The notes: generated from the sequence alone by a model not told the origin. Positions 22,427 through 36,295 are shown, counted from the stretch's first letter. The stretch is 64,000 nt of DNA from Guillardia theta CCMP2712 (GCF_000315625.1 NW_005434589.1:199330-263329), one strand, 5' to 3'. A program made the numbers and translations.

Positions 22427-25400
22427 ATGATGGACAGACAGACGGGGAGAATGAAGCGATCTCACCCCTGCATCCCCTTGCTTCTTGGACTCATCTATCT
22501 TTCCCCTCTAGTAACAACACAGGAACTCTCCTCAACTCCCTCCACTTTCTTTGCCACCATCCACTCAAGTTCCAGCTCCACGGCGGTCAACGAAATGACG
22601 AGTACACCAGCACCAAGTGTTGAATCGACCATGCATTCCAGCTCTAGCTCTACTCCCATCAGCGTCCTCGGGTCAACCCCGTCTCCTCTGCATACAAGCA
22701 CCTCGATGATGGGTTCCAGCTCCAGCTCCACTCCGCTGTTGGAGTTCACAACCACAGCAGAGATCCAGTCAAGCTCTTCAAGCGCTACAGTCCCTCTGAC
22801 AACTCCTGTCGTCTTTCCCTCAGTGCCGTGCAACGTCACCTTCGAAAGCATCTGCGCATGCAAGTGGCTCTATGTGCGAGTGGGGTCTCAGTGCGTGCAG
22901 GGAGATGGGCTGTATGTGAGAGTGTCTGACAGCTTCATTGACGACCCACTCGACCAGAGGATGAGCTGGGTGCTCAAGACCGGGAACTTCAAGATATCAC
23001 ACGACCGCTTCTTCTGGAAAATCAGAAATGGCGACCAAGGAAGGTGCCTGGTCTCGTTCGACAAGTCCGAAAATCCTCCGAGCATCAATGATGAATCGTG
23101 GTATTGCTCTAATGACTGCAACCCGACAAGCGAGGCTGTGTTTCAGGGAGCCAGCCCGTTGAAAGGCGTCAAGATTGAATGCCTCGCTACACCCCAGGAA
23201 TACAACTTCACCACAGGAGTGCAAGACATCTGGTCAGTCGGCTTCAACTTCTACGGAGAGCTCGCGAGGCTTGAAGGGAAGGGAGGGGTTGATGGAGTAG
23301 AGACTCTCGGCGTCATACAGGTACAGCCCTCCAACTCTCGAGCGCTTGAAAGTGTGACTGACGTGCGTTTCCAGGCTCTCAATCAAGAAAAGGTCGAGCA
23401 GCTTTCTCTGGGTTGCAACCATGGCGCCGCAAGAACGTCGTCCGGGAAGCTTTGGACGTGGGGTTCCAATGCTCAGGGGCAGCTGGGCTATTCTTCAGCT
23501 GCGGGGTTTGCGGTAGCAAATGCCATACCTCAGGTTGTGAGTCAGGCAGAGAGAGTGTCGGAGGTAAGAGCAGGAGGCTCTTTCACCCTTTTCTTCATGG
23601 GAGATAAGGGCTCCCGGGGGTTGTTCGGCATGGGGTCGAACAGATATGGCCAGCTCGCAAGGGAGGAAGGGTTCGCAACCGACTCAATCTTAGAGACCCC
23701 GCAGCAGGTTCCGGTCGATGCTAGCAACGTCACCGCCATTGCTGCGGGCAGGCATCACGTCCTGCTTCTCAACAGCTCTGGCCTGTTCTCGTGGGGACAC
23801 AACGAGTACGGGCAGCTGGGTCGATCGGAGGGGATCGGCACGACAGAAGCAGGAGACTACCGCATCGTCAAGGTCAGTGCCTCTCAGTTCGAGGGGAAGC
23901 GAATCGCCTCAATCGCGGCTGGGAGGTATCACTCTCTCGCTCTCACCGAGGACGGCGACGTCTACTGCTTCGGGTCAAACTTTCGCGGCCAGTGCGGGCC
24001 CGCAAGTCCGGATGGCAGCAGCCAGCCGATCTTGAATGACGCCAACCCGACCCCGAAGAAAATCCCCAGGAGTCTCCTCGGTAACGAGGCAGCTAGCTGG
24101 GTTGCAGCTGGGCAGTACGCCACCTTCGTAGTGATGCAGAGTGGAAAGCTCTGGGGATTCGGGCGAAATTTCCATGGGCTGTTGACAGGGGCGGCGGGGC
24201 AGGTGGGGACAGGGGTACCAGTGTCAGTACCGTTCCTGCTGTCCGACCAGCTCGAGACGAGTCTGGGAGGCTCTGGGAAGGTGCTGAAGCTTGTGAGCGG
24301 CAAAGATCATGCGATCCTCATGGTCGAGCGAGACAACCAGACCGACCCCGAGCTGCTCGTGGTCGGGTCGAACGGCTACGGGCAGCTGGACGGTGTGGTG
24401 GGGAAGGGAGATGACAGCCTCGTCTTCAGGAAGCTGGGAGGGGTTCTGACAACCTGCGCAGGGCAGGGGCCCCTGTCAAGGAATGGCACGTGCAAGAGCG
24501 GGAGGATGAAGATCATGGACGTGGGCGTGGGATGTGACCAGACCATGATAGTCACTGAAAGGCCCGAATGTCCTCCCGGGACTTACTCACCTACCAACAA
24601 GCAGCCCTGCTTCCTCTGCCCTCCCGGCAAGTACCAGGATGGACTTCTGTCCTCCACATCCTCCTGCACCCTCTGCTCTCAGGGCAAGTTCTCGCCAGAA
24701 GGGTCGACGACGTGCACAGTGTGTCCAGCAGGGACGAACACATCAGGCGAGGGCTCAGCTGAGGACGGATGCCTTCAGCTCTGTCCCGCGGGAACCTACG
24801 GGGTCCAACAGGCGATCGGACGAATCGGACTTGCTCCCTGCCGAGCATGCGACGTCAGCCACTACAACGAGCAAGTCGGAGCGACGGCTTGCAAGCTCTG
24901 CCCTGCTCTCACCGACTGCCTCGTGCAGGGAGCGACAAGCGTGTCGTCGTGCCGACCCTTTTGCAACGAAGGATCCTTCAGTCCCGATGGGTTGACCCCA
25001 GCTGGAGGAGCTTGTCAACCTTGCTCAGCTGGGTCCTTCCAGCCGGCGAAGCGCCAGACCACCTGCCTTCTCTGCTCGCCAGGTTTCAAGTCTCAGGGGG
25101 TGGGTGCGACTGTCTGCTCCAGCTGCGCAGCAGGAAGTTACCAGAACGGAGCTGGAAAAACATATTGTGAGAGTTGTGCCCTTGGCTTGTACCAGGAGCT
25201 CCTGAACTCGACGGCTTGCCAGCGCTGCCCGCTGGGGAGCAGCACGACAGCCATCGGGGCGTCGAGAGCGGAGCAATGCGTCCTGAGCTCGTCTCAGTGG
25301 TGGAGCTTCGGGGTAAACAAGTTTAACAACACTGACCCGGGTGTATACACGAAGGAGGTACAGGAGATCGTCTTTCCTCCTGCCCTGGTCGCCAACGATG

Positions 25401-28400
25401 TTTCAAACCTGGGGAGCAAGTTCGGGAACAGGAGGGTAACAGAAGTGGCAGCTGGTAGCTCGCATACTCTCTTCCTCACCGACGACGATCGACTCTACGG
25501 CATTGGCGACAACTTCTACGGTCAGCTCGGGTCGAGCAGCGGGATGCAGCCCAGCTGCTACGAGCCTGGCCCGCTGCTGCCAGCGTGCGATCCCATGATA
25601 GCGAGGAAGCAAGAGATCGTGGAGCTGGAGAGATCGCTGTTCGGGCCCGACCCGATCAGCAAGATCTTTGCGGGCAGGTGAGGAGGAGGAGGAGGAGGAG
25701 GAGAGAGGGGAGGGAGAGGCGAAGTGGGAGGGGCAAGGGAGGAGGAAGTGAGAGTAGTAGCTGGGGGCAGGGAGGGGGTAGGGTAGGCGGTTTGTGACCC
25801 CTCTGACCTCCTGCCTGTTAGGAGCGTGTCAGCTGTTCTCAGCTCTACGGGTCTTCTTTTCACTTTCGGTTACAACCGTTATGGACAGCTCGGGCATCAG
25901 GGTAACGTGGGGACGGATAGGCCCAACCATCTCCCACGAGCCCTCCAGCTGCCAGCCGGGGGGGTTGATGACGTAGCGATCGGGGAGAACCACATGCTAG
26001 TCAGGACCAACACCTCTAGAGTCTTCTCCTTCGGCCTGAACCGCTTCGGTCAGCTGGGCTTCTGCTCAAGTGCTGGAAGCTGGGGACCCAACGGGGCTCC
26101 TGTGGAGCTATTGCTGAACTTCAAGGTAAGCGGCATGGCGGCGGGAAGGAAGCACTCGCTGCTGCTGGCAGAGGACGGAGGCGTCTGGAGCTTCGGAAGC
26201 AACGATCGCGGTCAGCTGGGGATCTTGGAACAGCAGCTCGTGTACGGAGGATTCGTCTGCTTGCCCGCTCACGTCCCTGACGTCCCAGCTGGGAGGCAGG
26301 TGGCCGCAGGACGATCTCACAGCGTGCTAGTGAGCAAGGAGGGTCAAGTGTGGGGCTTCGGGAACAACGAGTACGGGCAGCTGACCGGCTCGCCGTCCTC
26401 TCCCGTGCTGAGCGCCGTGAGGATGTTCGAGCAGGAGACGGCCAACCTCTCCATCGTGTCGGTGGGGTCGCGAGAGATGCTCAGTTTCTCGGTGCTGTCG
26501 AGCCCCAGCACCGACGAGAGCCAAGTGGTGCTGCAAGGGAGAAACAACGCGGGCCAGTTGGACCTGCTCCCCTCCTCCTCTGCCGCCAAGAACGTCCTAA
26601 GCATCTGCCCCTTCCTCCCCTGGCAATCCTGCGATGAGTTTGCTTTCGCTACCTTGCAGTCGGGAGGCGAGAACGTCTTCCTCGAGGTATTTGAGAGCTC
26701 TTCGAGCCCCCTGCTGTCCTTACGTCCTCTTCAATCGTCGATCCACCGCTTCTCCTCCTCTCTACATCTCTTGCACTCTCTGATCTCATCACTTCATCCT
26801 CCTCTCTCACACCAATCGCGTTGCTCCCATCGCTCCCTTGCATTGACGTCTTCTCGACGTAGGTCATCTCCAAACGATGTCGCCCTGGCACTAAGACCGC
26901 CGTTACCCCCAACGTCACGGGCCACGTGCTCCTTTGTGACGCGTGCGAGGCGGGTAAGTCCCATCCTCCTCCTCTCACGACCTCAGCTCTCCCGCCAGGC
27001 AAGTTTTCTACCCAGCTAGGAGTGACCGCTTGCTCCATCTGCCCCGAGGGCACCTACTCAGCAACGGGAGCAACCTCGTGCGAAGCTTGTCAGGTCCTCC
27101 AGTATGCAGGAACCGGCGCCTCTGCCTGCCTCGAGTGCCCGATCAATCCCTCCTCCTCCAGCGATCCGGCCCTCTCCTCCCCCAGCCAGGTTGCTCTCCT
27201 CGTCATCCTCATCCTTTGACTTTCCTCGCAGCTCGCTCGCTGCTGCCGTCCAGGTCGCTACCTCAAGGACGGTGGCCTCTCCTGCGCCCCCTGCCCCAAC
27301 GGCAACATCTCCACCTCAATCGGGTCCACCGCCTGCTCCTACTGTGAGCTGGGAAAGTACGCTAATGGCCCCGACAATACCGCCTGCCTCGACTGCCCCC
27401 CGGACACCTGGACCCTTCCTGGAGGAGCTGGGGGCGTTCAGGACTGCAAGGCATACTGCCAGCCAGGGACAGCAAGTCTGAACCAACAGGGTATAGAGCC
27501 TTGCATCGACTGCCCCCAGGGAAAATTCACCAACTCTACGAGGCAGACCACGTGCCTTACCTGCCCTTCTGGCTTCTACACCCCCGGCAACGCCTCCACC
27601 TTCTGCTCCAGCGCCTGCCCAGCTGGTTACTACAGCAGCACTGGTCTACATCCTTGCACGCCTTGCCCGGCCGGATCCTTCACCTTCCAGCCGGCAAGCA
27701 GGAGCTGTCAACCCTGCCCTCCCGGCAACTTCTCCAGCTTGCAGGCGTCGAGCACGTGCCGTGCTTGTGCCCTCGGCTACTTCCAGAGCCTCTCGGACAG
27801 CACAAGCTGCTCCCCGTGCTCTCCAGGCACCTTCGGGAACCAGCTCGGGCAGTCAGCCTGCCTCGCTTGTCCCGGGGGGAAGTACCAGGACGAGCATGCG
27901 GCCAAGAGCTGTAAGACATGCGATCCGGGCCAGGCCCCCTCCTCCCCGACTGAGAGCACCAGCTGCTTCTCCTGCCCTGCTGGCTCTGAGTCTCCGGTCG
28001 GAGTCAATTGCTCCACCTGTCCTCCAGGATCGTATGCGCTCTCTTCGTCGTCGAGCTGTCAGCTGTGCGTCAGAGGACAGTACAACCCGTACTTCGGCTC
28101 CTCCTCCTGCACTTCCTGCTTGTCGGGGACAACCGTGTCCGAAGGGTCTGTATCGCCCGAGCAGTGCGTCGGGTTCATCTCGAAGAAGCTCTTGGTCGAC
28201 GACCCCAGAGCCGGTCAAGTTTCCTCTCTCCTCATCTCGTTCTCCCTTCACTTCCATTTGCAACGCGGGTCGGAGATCCGCGTCGGCCTCCCCAACTTCA
28301 TCTATGCCGGACAGAACGTCCAGCTGACAGCCAGCACGCCGGAGCTCCAGAACGTCTCCCTAGCCGGCAGCTGGAGACAAGCCGATGCTACGATCCCCTA

Positions 28401-29494
28401 CAACCTGCTGATCCTGACCCTCACATCCGATCGTGAGATCCCAAGAAATACTAGCATTCAGGTGAGACTGAGCTAGACTCTCTTCTGAACTGACTCGACT
28501 GTGCAGGTTTATGTGCCATCCTCTACTGGTGTCAAACTTCCCCTGTTGGGCCTGCAAGCTTGCCCTACGTTCTCGGTGAGCTGTGCGATGCTGGTGCTGG
28601 GCTCATAGTTGGGCAGGCCTCTCAGTGCCTATCCATCCAGCTGAAGGAGGCAACCGGCCTCCTGGTTGGTCCAGCTGCCTTTCAGGTTGTGAGTGCGTAC
28701 TTGCTCTGATCTCAGCTGACACTCCTCAGCCTGAGGAGTATCCCCTCATCGGATCCTTCGCTAACTCTCCCACCATGATGTGGAGCGTGAGCACCGCCCA
28801 GTTCATCCTGTCGGGCACGTTTGTCATGCCCCTCGAGATCGGGGAGAGCCTTCAGTTTCACCTTCCCTGCTTCGTGGCCAACTGTTCCGTCCTCCAGGTC
28901 AAGGTAAGGACATGAGCTTCCGCTGCGACCCCCACCTGAGATTCTGCTCAGTCCTCCCCCTGCAACCTCTTCGGAGACCGGGGGAGCTGGAGCCAAGGAC
29001 TCTCCCTCTTCAACGTTTCCTTCCAAGGTGAAGGAGTGGGAGGGATGGCGGTCCGAGTTACTCGTGAGCAGGGGGAGGCAGACTGTCGGACCCTGGCGGA
29101 TGCGCCACCGAAGGTCCGTTCCTCGACGGCAATCAAAAGTTCTCGCTCGTCGTCAGCGGCCTCACGTTTCAGAGGACTGCTTGCCAATTGCAGGTGAAGA
29201 TGACTTCCCTTCCCAGCTATTCTGTTCACCCGCAAAGTTGCAGCAAACCATCATGATCTCGACTTCTGCTGTGGCTGGCCCGATACTTCCTATCAATATT
29301 TCCAAGATCTGCCGGTAAGTCGGAAGTTCCATGATCACAAGTCCCCAGCTGAGTCCGATCCCTGCAGCCTCTGCAACGGACAGTCAACCGTTTGCTGTCG
29401 ATCAGCAGGGCTGGAGTGTCTAGCAGGCTACGAGAAGACTGCGGCGAGTGATTGCGGCTCGAGCAGTAGCCCTCAGCAAGTGTGTCTTGTCTGA
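22427..29494 (+). CDS. Large secreted protein: signal peptide, Ser/Thr-rich stalk, two RCC1-repeat blocks alternating with Cys-rich (ephrin-receptor/GCC2_GCC3-like) repeats
   Basis: Hydrophobic N-terminus PCIPLLLGLIYLSPLVTT; repeated WG.N.YGQLG and AAGRxHS motifs; repeated CxxCPxGxY/F; a 3.2-kb first exon followed by short introns. Confidence 0.85.
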
Positions 29495-29514
29495 ATGAAC
29501 ATATGTAATGTATC

Positions 29515-29810
29515 TTCCCCGAGTCAGTCCGGACTCCAGTGGGCGAGCGTCGCTCTACCGTCTACTACTATGATTATCGGAGGCTGACCGGGCCGCAGTG
29601 CCAGAACTAGTACGACTCTGTGTAACTGTATGAGGGGCTCCCATGGGTCAGTCACCCGGCTGTGATAACGGCTAGCTACTTTTTCAGGCGACTGAAGGAC
29701 CCCCCTTATCCTACCTCCTCACGACTCGCCTACACCGGTCATAGGACCACTCCGTAGGGGCGTTCCTCTGACTCAGGAGGTAACCCGGGCCGAGTGAGCA
29801 GTGCCGTACG
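29515..29810. other. GC-rich intergenic island, weaker
   Basis: ccgagtcagtccggactc, tgaccgggccgc, gtcagtcacccgg, tgactcag and cccgggccgagtgag. Confidence 0.55.
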
Positions 29811-29967
29811 AATGACCACCCGACTAAACCCCCGGCCCCATACTAGTGACCACCCCATTGCGAATGACCACCCCACATCAATGACCACCCCAACCGATAC
29901 TATTGACCACCCCAACCATTATGAATGACCACCCCAATACGAATGACCACCCCAATACGAATGACCA
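29810..29967 (+). repeat. Cluster of ~8 (GAA)TGACCACCCC motifs upstream of the PiT transporter
   Basis: Includes a perfect tandem of gaatgaccaccccaatac (18 nt) at ~29923-29967 plus degenerate copies. Confidence 0.8.
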
Positions 29968-30527
29968 GTTTAGGTCAATACCTGCTCCCCTCTTCCTCCG
30001 GCGGCCCTGCGGCTCTAATTCAACCGAACCCCCACCCCCTCATCTCCCTGCCCGCCCTCATCAAAAAAGGGTCATGCACTCTGAGCGAAGAGGCGTAGCA
30101 GTAGTGACCAATTTTTTTTATATCGAATTTACCGAAAACTTTCCTTTTCACGATAGACCGGACCTACTGCGCCTGTAACGGAGGGGACCAGTGGTACAAT
30201 TTCTTTGAGTAGAAGGGGTGGTGCCGAATCCTCCTTTGGTCGTAGGGACTAGACGTAGTTGCCACCCCCACCCACTTGTCCATCCTCGGCCACCCTACCT
30301 ACTCAATGTAGGGAAACCCACCCCTACCCCAACAATTTAGTCCTATTCACCCTACCATTCCTATCTCAAAGACATACCCTACCCTCCTCTTGGGTGCCTG
30401 CCTGGCCCATTCCTCGCTCCCTTCACTGTCCCTCCAGTCACTCCCTGCTACGATATCAAGACATCTCGGTATTCGGCGGATCTTTCGAGCACTACGAGCT
30501 TCGCGCGTCTGCTTCTCTGCTCGAAGT

Positions 30528-32346
30528 ATGACCACCATATCCACGAGGTTGATTTCCTTTATACAGTATTCTATCGAGCTGACCCTCCTTTGCTAGGTCC
30601 CTCACCACCGCACGTGGTTTCCTGCCTTACCTGGTGCTGTTTCTTTCCGTATCAGCATGTGCTGCCACCATGGTCGACAGTCCCGAGATCGGCATCCCCT
30701 ACCTGTACAAGGGTCTCATCACCTGGGCCTTCTTCTGGGCTTTCCTTGACGCCTTCACCATCGGGGCCAACGATATTGCCAACGCCTTCGCTAACGCTGT
30801 TGGAGCCAAGACCATCTCCTTCAGGACAGCTGTCCTAATCGCGTGCGTCTGCGAGCTTGTTGGTGTGATTGCTCTGGGCAGCACTGTGACCGATGCTGTG
30901 CGCAACAAGATGGTCAAGGTAGACTGGTTCAAGCATGATCCTTACATCCTTTCCCTGGGCATGAGCTGCGTCAACCTTGGCTCTGGTGGATGGGTGTTTG
31001 TCGCCACCACGCTGTCTATGCCTGTCTCCACTACTCACTCGGTTGTTGGCGCCATCCTTGGTATCGGTGTTGCAAGCTGGGGTGCTTCTGGAGTGAACTG
31101 GGGCTATGACGGAGGGTTTGGTGGAATTGTTGCATCCTGGTTCATCTCACCCGTCCTCTCTGGAGTGTTGTCTGCGATCTTCTACCTCAGCACCAAGTTC
31201 CTCGTGCTCAAGCATCCCGACGATGTCGCCGTCAAGCGCGGCATTGCGCTCCTTCCCGTCTACTTCTTCTTCGCCTTTGGCGTCGTGGCCGGCTTCATGG
31301 TCATGAAGGGAATCCCTGCATTGAAGAATACACCTTACGAAATTACTGTGCCCGTCACGTTTGGAATTGCTATCTTCTTTGGCATCGTCGGTTACATTTT
31401 TTGCGTGCCATGGACTCGTCGTGCTATTGTGGACAACGAGAACCTGCCATGGTACACGCTTTTCTACATCTTCGCTATTCCAGTTGGCTCCAGAGGTTAC
31501 AACGAGGAGAATAACGTGCAAGATCAGAACAAAGTCGATCTCGTTGAGACTGGAAACTTTAATCAGAACATGCCACAGCCTTCCATGTACTTCAACCAGG
31601 CTCCAATGATGCCTGGTCAAGCCCCCATGATGGTTCAGGGTTCTTACTTTGGAAAGGATGAAATCGAGGACAAGCCACAGAGCGACGGCATCACCACCAC
31701 TGTTCTCAAGACTCTCTTCCCTGGATTCTACATGGACGTCGGAGGCCTCAAGGAGGAGGATGCTGCCATGCACGCCAAGGCCTTCCAGGCTTACTCCAAG
31801 ACAGAGGAGATGTTCAAGATCCTCCAGCTCACCACCTGCTGCTTCTTCTCCATCGCCCACGGCGCCAACGATGTGGCCAACGCCATCGCTCCCTTCGCTA
31901 CTGTCTGGATGGTCTACAGCACCGGCACGGTTTCAAGCAAGGCGGAGGTTCCCATCTGGCTTCTGGTCTACGGAGGTCTCGCGATCGATCTCGGTTTGTT
32001 GAGCATGGGCTACTACATCATGGACGCTCTTGGCAACCGCCTGACCCTTCAGTCTCCTTCCCGCGGCTTCTGTATCGAGCTGGGAGCTATGTTCACTGTG
32101 ATGACCTTCTCTCGTCTCGGAGTTCCTGTCTCCACCACTCACTGCATCTCCGGTGCCACCACTGCTGTCGGACTTTGCAACGGAGACGTCGGAGCTGTCA
32201 ACTGGAAGCTCATCGGCATCATCTTCGGCGGATGGATCCTCACTTGCCCATGTGCCGGCATTGTGACTGGTCTGCTCTACTGGGCTGTCGCCGCTGCTCC
32301 ATCGCCCGTGGCAGGCAACGGATTCTTCACTGGTTATCACGGTTAA
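30528..32346 (+). CDS. PiT/PHO4-family (SLC20/Pho89-like) phosphate symporter, copy 1
   Basis: Two signature motifs (GANDIANAF, GANDVANA) and two PVSTTH motifs. Exon 1 (30528-30547) plus a 49-nt intron adds the signal-peptide-like MTTISTRSLTTARGFLPYLVLFLSVSACAA. Confidence 0.95.
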
Positions 32347-32384
32347 GAAGACCAGCGTCTATTTCTGCTGGTGCCGTTTCAAAC

Positions 32385-32490
32385 CTTGGAAACTGTTTTT
32401 TGAAAATTTTTGTTTTTTGAAAATTTTTGTTTTGTGATGTTTTTTTGAAAACTTTTGTTTTTTTCCAGAGTTTTTGTTTTTTGTTTTTTC
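32385..32490 (+). repeat. T-rich degenerate direct repeats in the 3' flank
   Basis: gaaaatttttgtttttt-like unit repeated about 4-5 times. Confidence 0.6.
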
Positions 32491-33128
32491 AATACATGTC
32501 GTAAATTCCAACTTCAAGCGTGTTTTGAATGATTAAGACATTTGTCTGAGGAAGTTCTATGCCGAACTGATCCCTTGGCGTATTAGACAGGTAGATACGG
32601 GAGACAATCTCACAATATGTAGTTTATCTATCTGAAGCTCTGTTGACTAGCACACATCGCGTCAGTGCGTGTTCTACCCGAAAAAGAATTACTCATAATG
32701 TGCGACAGTGTCAGGGTCAAGCCTCCTCGACTCTCCTGATTGTCCTCGTACTGGTCTTTAACTCATAACGCATGTGTAAAGGACCCTGAAAGTTCATAAT
32801 AGTTGTCAGGAGAATCACGAGGTAGCCAACATCTTGATTTCGCACAGGCTTCAACCTCATGGTCTTCTTTTCTCTTTCGAACTGCGATGCCTTCTCGAAC
32901 CAACGAACATGGTTAGACTCGACGACCATGTTTGAAATGCTTTGACTCAACGTTGGGAGTCTCAAGTCAAGACGAGAGAGACTAGTGATCTCCGACGAGA
33001 AAAACATTCATCGAAGATCCAAAGGGCAATGGGATGCCGAGAGTCTCGGCATTGGCCTAAATCCAGGATGAAGATGGGATGTCGGAGGTCAAACTAATTT
33101 TACGTATGGTGATTTCAAACTCGCACTC

Positions 33129-36100
33129 TCATGAGCCTTTCGAGCTCTTCAGCCCAACGATCTGATGGTAGGTCTCATTGCCCCGTCTCCCATCTCTTAT
33201 GAAGTAACCCTCGCGCACGAACTGCATGGGACCCTCAATCTTGTCAGTCCCTCTCTCCACCATGGCCCGGGGAAACTGAAAGTTTCTCAGCTGTAAAACA
33301 AGACCCTCGCTCATCTCACCTCCACGACCGATTGATCGTTGAAGGACTTGAGCCAGTCGTCCCCCCCCGCCTGCCCCTCGTCTCCCTCTGCAATCGCCAT
33401 TGTCACTCAAGCTTTAGTTCAGAGCAACGCGCAGACCTTCGAGGAGAGCGGGAGAGCCAAGGTTACTTTCGTCCTGTAGGAGGAGAGGGCCAAAGCTGCG
33501 GACCAAGACTCTCGCGGCTGCCTCCTCTCGACCATCCAGCCAGTGCAGATGGCCCTTAGGCTTCGGTTGCCCCTGCCGCAAATCGACCCGACCTGCCATA
33601 GCGGAGGTCAACCGCACTCTGACGAGGTTTGAGAGGGCACCTGACAGCCTGCAGACTTGGTTGGTGTCGTCCTTGACAACCTGCAAGAGGCTTTAAAAGC
33701 TTAACATCCAGCCGCCTAGTCTCACCTCCTCACACGTGAAGATGAACGGCGAGCCGATGAGGCCGACAGACCGCCCGACCGTCAACCCAAAGAAATCCGC
33801 AGCTGGCTGGAAAGAAATCTGGTGGGAAGGAGGAGAGAGGCGTAGAGTAGAGACCTCCTCTTGGAAATCGTTGCTATCGATGAAGATGCAGTCAGACATA
33901 CTGATCTCTCGCCCTCCCAGAGAAGCATTCTGCGAACGACTGGGCTCAGCAGATGAAGGGAGAGAATGAAGTCCAGGCTGACCTTAGGGAACCACTGGTG
34001 AAAGTAGTAGCAGGAGGAGCCTTCCAGGCGGCAGGAAGCCTCTTCTACTGTGCGAGCTGTCTCCATGAAGTTCTTGATGAAGACTTGGAGAGGCCGGAGC
34101 ACCGCAAACACTCTACAGGTGAAACAGTGACTTCCCTGCCCAGCCGGACCTCAGTCAGGATTCACTGGATCACCTTGGAGCAACGAGGTCGAAGTGCTCT
34201 CGCGCGATCGCCTGCTCCTCGGTCAATGCGCCGGAAAGCCTTCCAGTCCCACCTCAAGCATGTGTGGCTGCGTGACGACATTCTGGGAGACGGAGACACC
34301 GAGCTGGAGGGGAGTGTGAGATCTCAGTTGTCAGCTCTCGACCTGCTGACTTTCCTGTTCGCAGAAACGATTCACCACCTCAGGAGGATAGCCTGTGCAG
34401 GTGATGAGTCAGCCATCCGCTCAGCTGATCTCTCCAGCTCGTATCAACCTCTTCTTCGCAGACCACTGAGAGTGAGCAGCCGGGGGTCGTCCCATCCGTC
34501 CACTAAGCCGCTACTTCACAGGGCTTCACGCAGGGCAGAATGGAAGTTCAAGGTTTGCTCACTGAACAAGTCTCTGCAACTTTCTCTTCGAGAGCACGTT
34601 GTTGGCCATGGAGCAGCGCTGCAGCCGTTGAATGAGGTGGGGATGCGCTTCTGAACAAGGAGGGAACCGAATATTCGAACGTGACGGGCTTGTACATCCC
34701 AAGGACGTGCAACAGCCAGTAGTAAGGTCCATCAGCTGCCTGCAGGACGAAGGCGAGGATAGTGAGACGAAACTTGCTCTGAAGCTGCAAGGCAGAACCT
34801 GACGCGAGGAGAATTCCGTCGTGCAACACGAATGAGTGATCCCCTCGATCGAGTCCACTGCCACATGGCGACCCTCAGTACGATGGCCGTTGATCCTCTG
34901 CCTTCTTGGGCACTTACCGATGCAGTGTGACATATCATATGATGGGTAGATACACCACTGCAAACCTCATCAGTCCCCAAAGACATCCAGCTCGGGCGTC
35001 TCTCACGTCAGATCCAGTCCTGGGATGAGGGGGGTCGAACTTGATTCTGTAAAGGACCGGATCCCACATCGCAGGGTTGTCACAGCTTCATCATGGTTGT
35101 CAGCTGGACTCATGGGCAGCAAGAAAACAGTCTCACTCAAAGTTTCCCTTCATCCGCAAGACGGCTTCTCCCTCCCTGAAGCAGCAAAGAATGAACCCAT
35201 CGGGAGGGCTCAGTCCAGGAACCTACTTGTAGTCTCCTGCTCGCATCTTCTCGAACTTCTCCAGGTTGATCTTGACTTCCGTGTCTCGCCATGGTGACAA
35301 TGCCTGGACCCGACAATCAGCAACAAACTCAGAAAGGTCTCTCTATGACCTCGGCCGGGACTGTCAAGTTCTTCAATCTGCATGTTCCAAGTCATGAATG
35401 ATCGTGGACTGCAGTTTGTAGATACCTCGCTTCCCTGTTCGCACTGCGACATTTCCTCATTTCTTCGAAATTCTTGAAAGCATCTTCAGCACAGCAAACA
35501 TCAGTACTTGTTTCAACCTGATGGCAAACGTATGCATTTCCATCTTGAATCAGTTTTACTGCACAATCATAAAGCTTCTTGGGTGTCAAACTCGGCTTTA
35601 CAAGTGCAGTACGACCTGCTGAAAATAGTCGCTGGTATAAGTGACCTTGACAGGGACATGTCCCAACCACTTGACTGATGGGCGAGTTCAGTGAGGAGAT
35701 GAAGAAAGGAGCATCATGCAGCTACCCGAATCGAAGATACCATCGATGTACTCTTGCTCTTCCGCTTTGCAACAAAACATTCAGCCAATGCAATGAGAAA
35801 AAGTCAGAAAAAAAGCAAATCATCCTGTTCACCAGCAGGGTTCGTGTCATCAAATCGAAGTATGGTCTCTGCCTGGTTGCCTTGGCTGCGTGCGATGGCT
35901 GCTTGTCCGAAGTTGAACAGCATAGCCTTGGCATGACCGATATGGAGGTACCCGTTAGGCTCTGGTGGAAATCGTGTCCTGTAGCCGGACCCGAAGGTGT
36001 CAAGAAAATCCTTCAGTTGATCCTCCGAATTCCTTGCAAAGTTTCGGGTCTGATTCACTCCTGCTCGCAGCGGCTTCGCTTGCAAGTTCACGCTAGGGTC

Positions 36101-36295
36101 TCTTAGGATCAGCCTCCTTGCTGCCCCTCCTTGCACCTGATTGTCCAAGGGGCCTGTGCCCCTGCTCCCCCGCCCCTTCATCTTCACCTTAGGCTCACCG
36201 GCTCCGTGCACTACGGTTGTAGTTGAACAGAAGAGCAAGGCCGAGACAGTGTACAGCATCATACTTTTGATCACACGACCTCTGAGGTTCATCAT
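33129..36295 (-). CDS. QARS: Glutaminyl-tRNA synthetase with an N-terminal targeting extension, highly intron-rich
   Basis: [18 protein letters not shown] (HIGH), [36 protein letters not shown] (KMSKS equivalent), GWDDPRL.TL.GLRRRG and QFVREGYF. Confidence 0.92.

Noticed and set aside
30608-30618. CACGTG Pho4 box upstream of both PiT genes
   Set aside because: It lies inside the spliced coding sequence (Ala-Arg-Gly of the signal peptide), so its conservation is explained.
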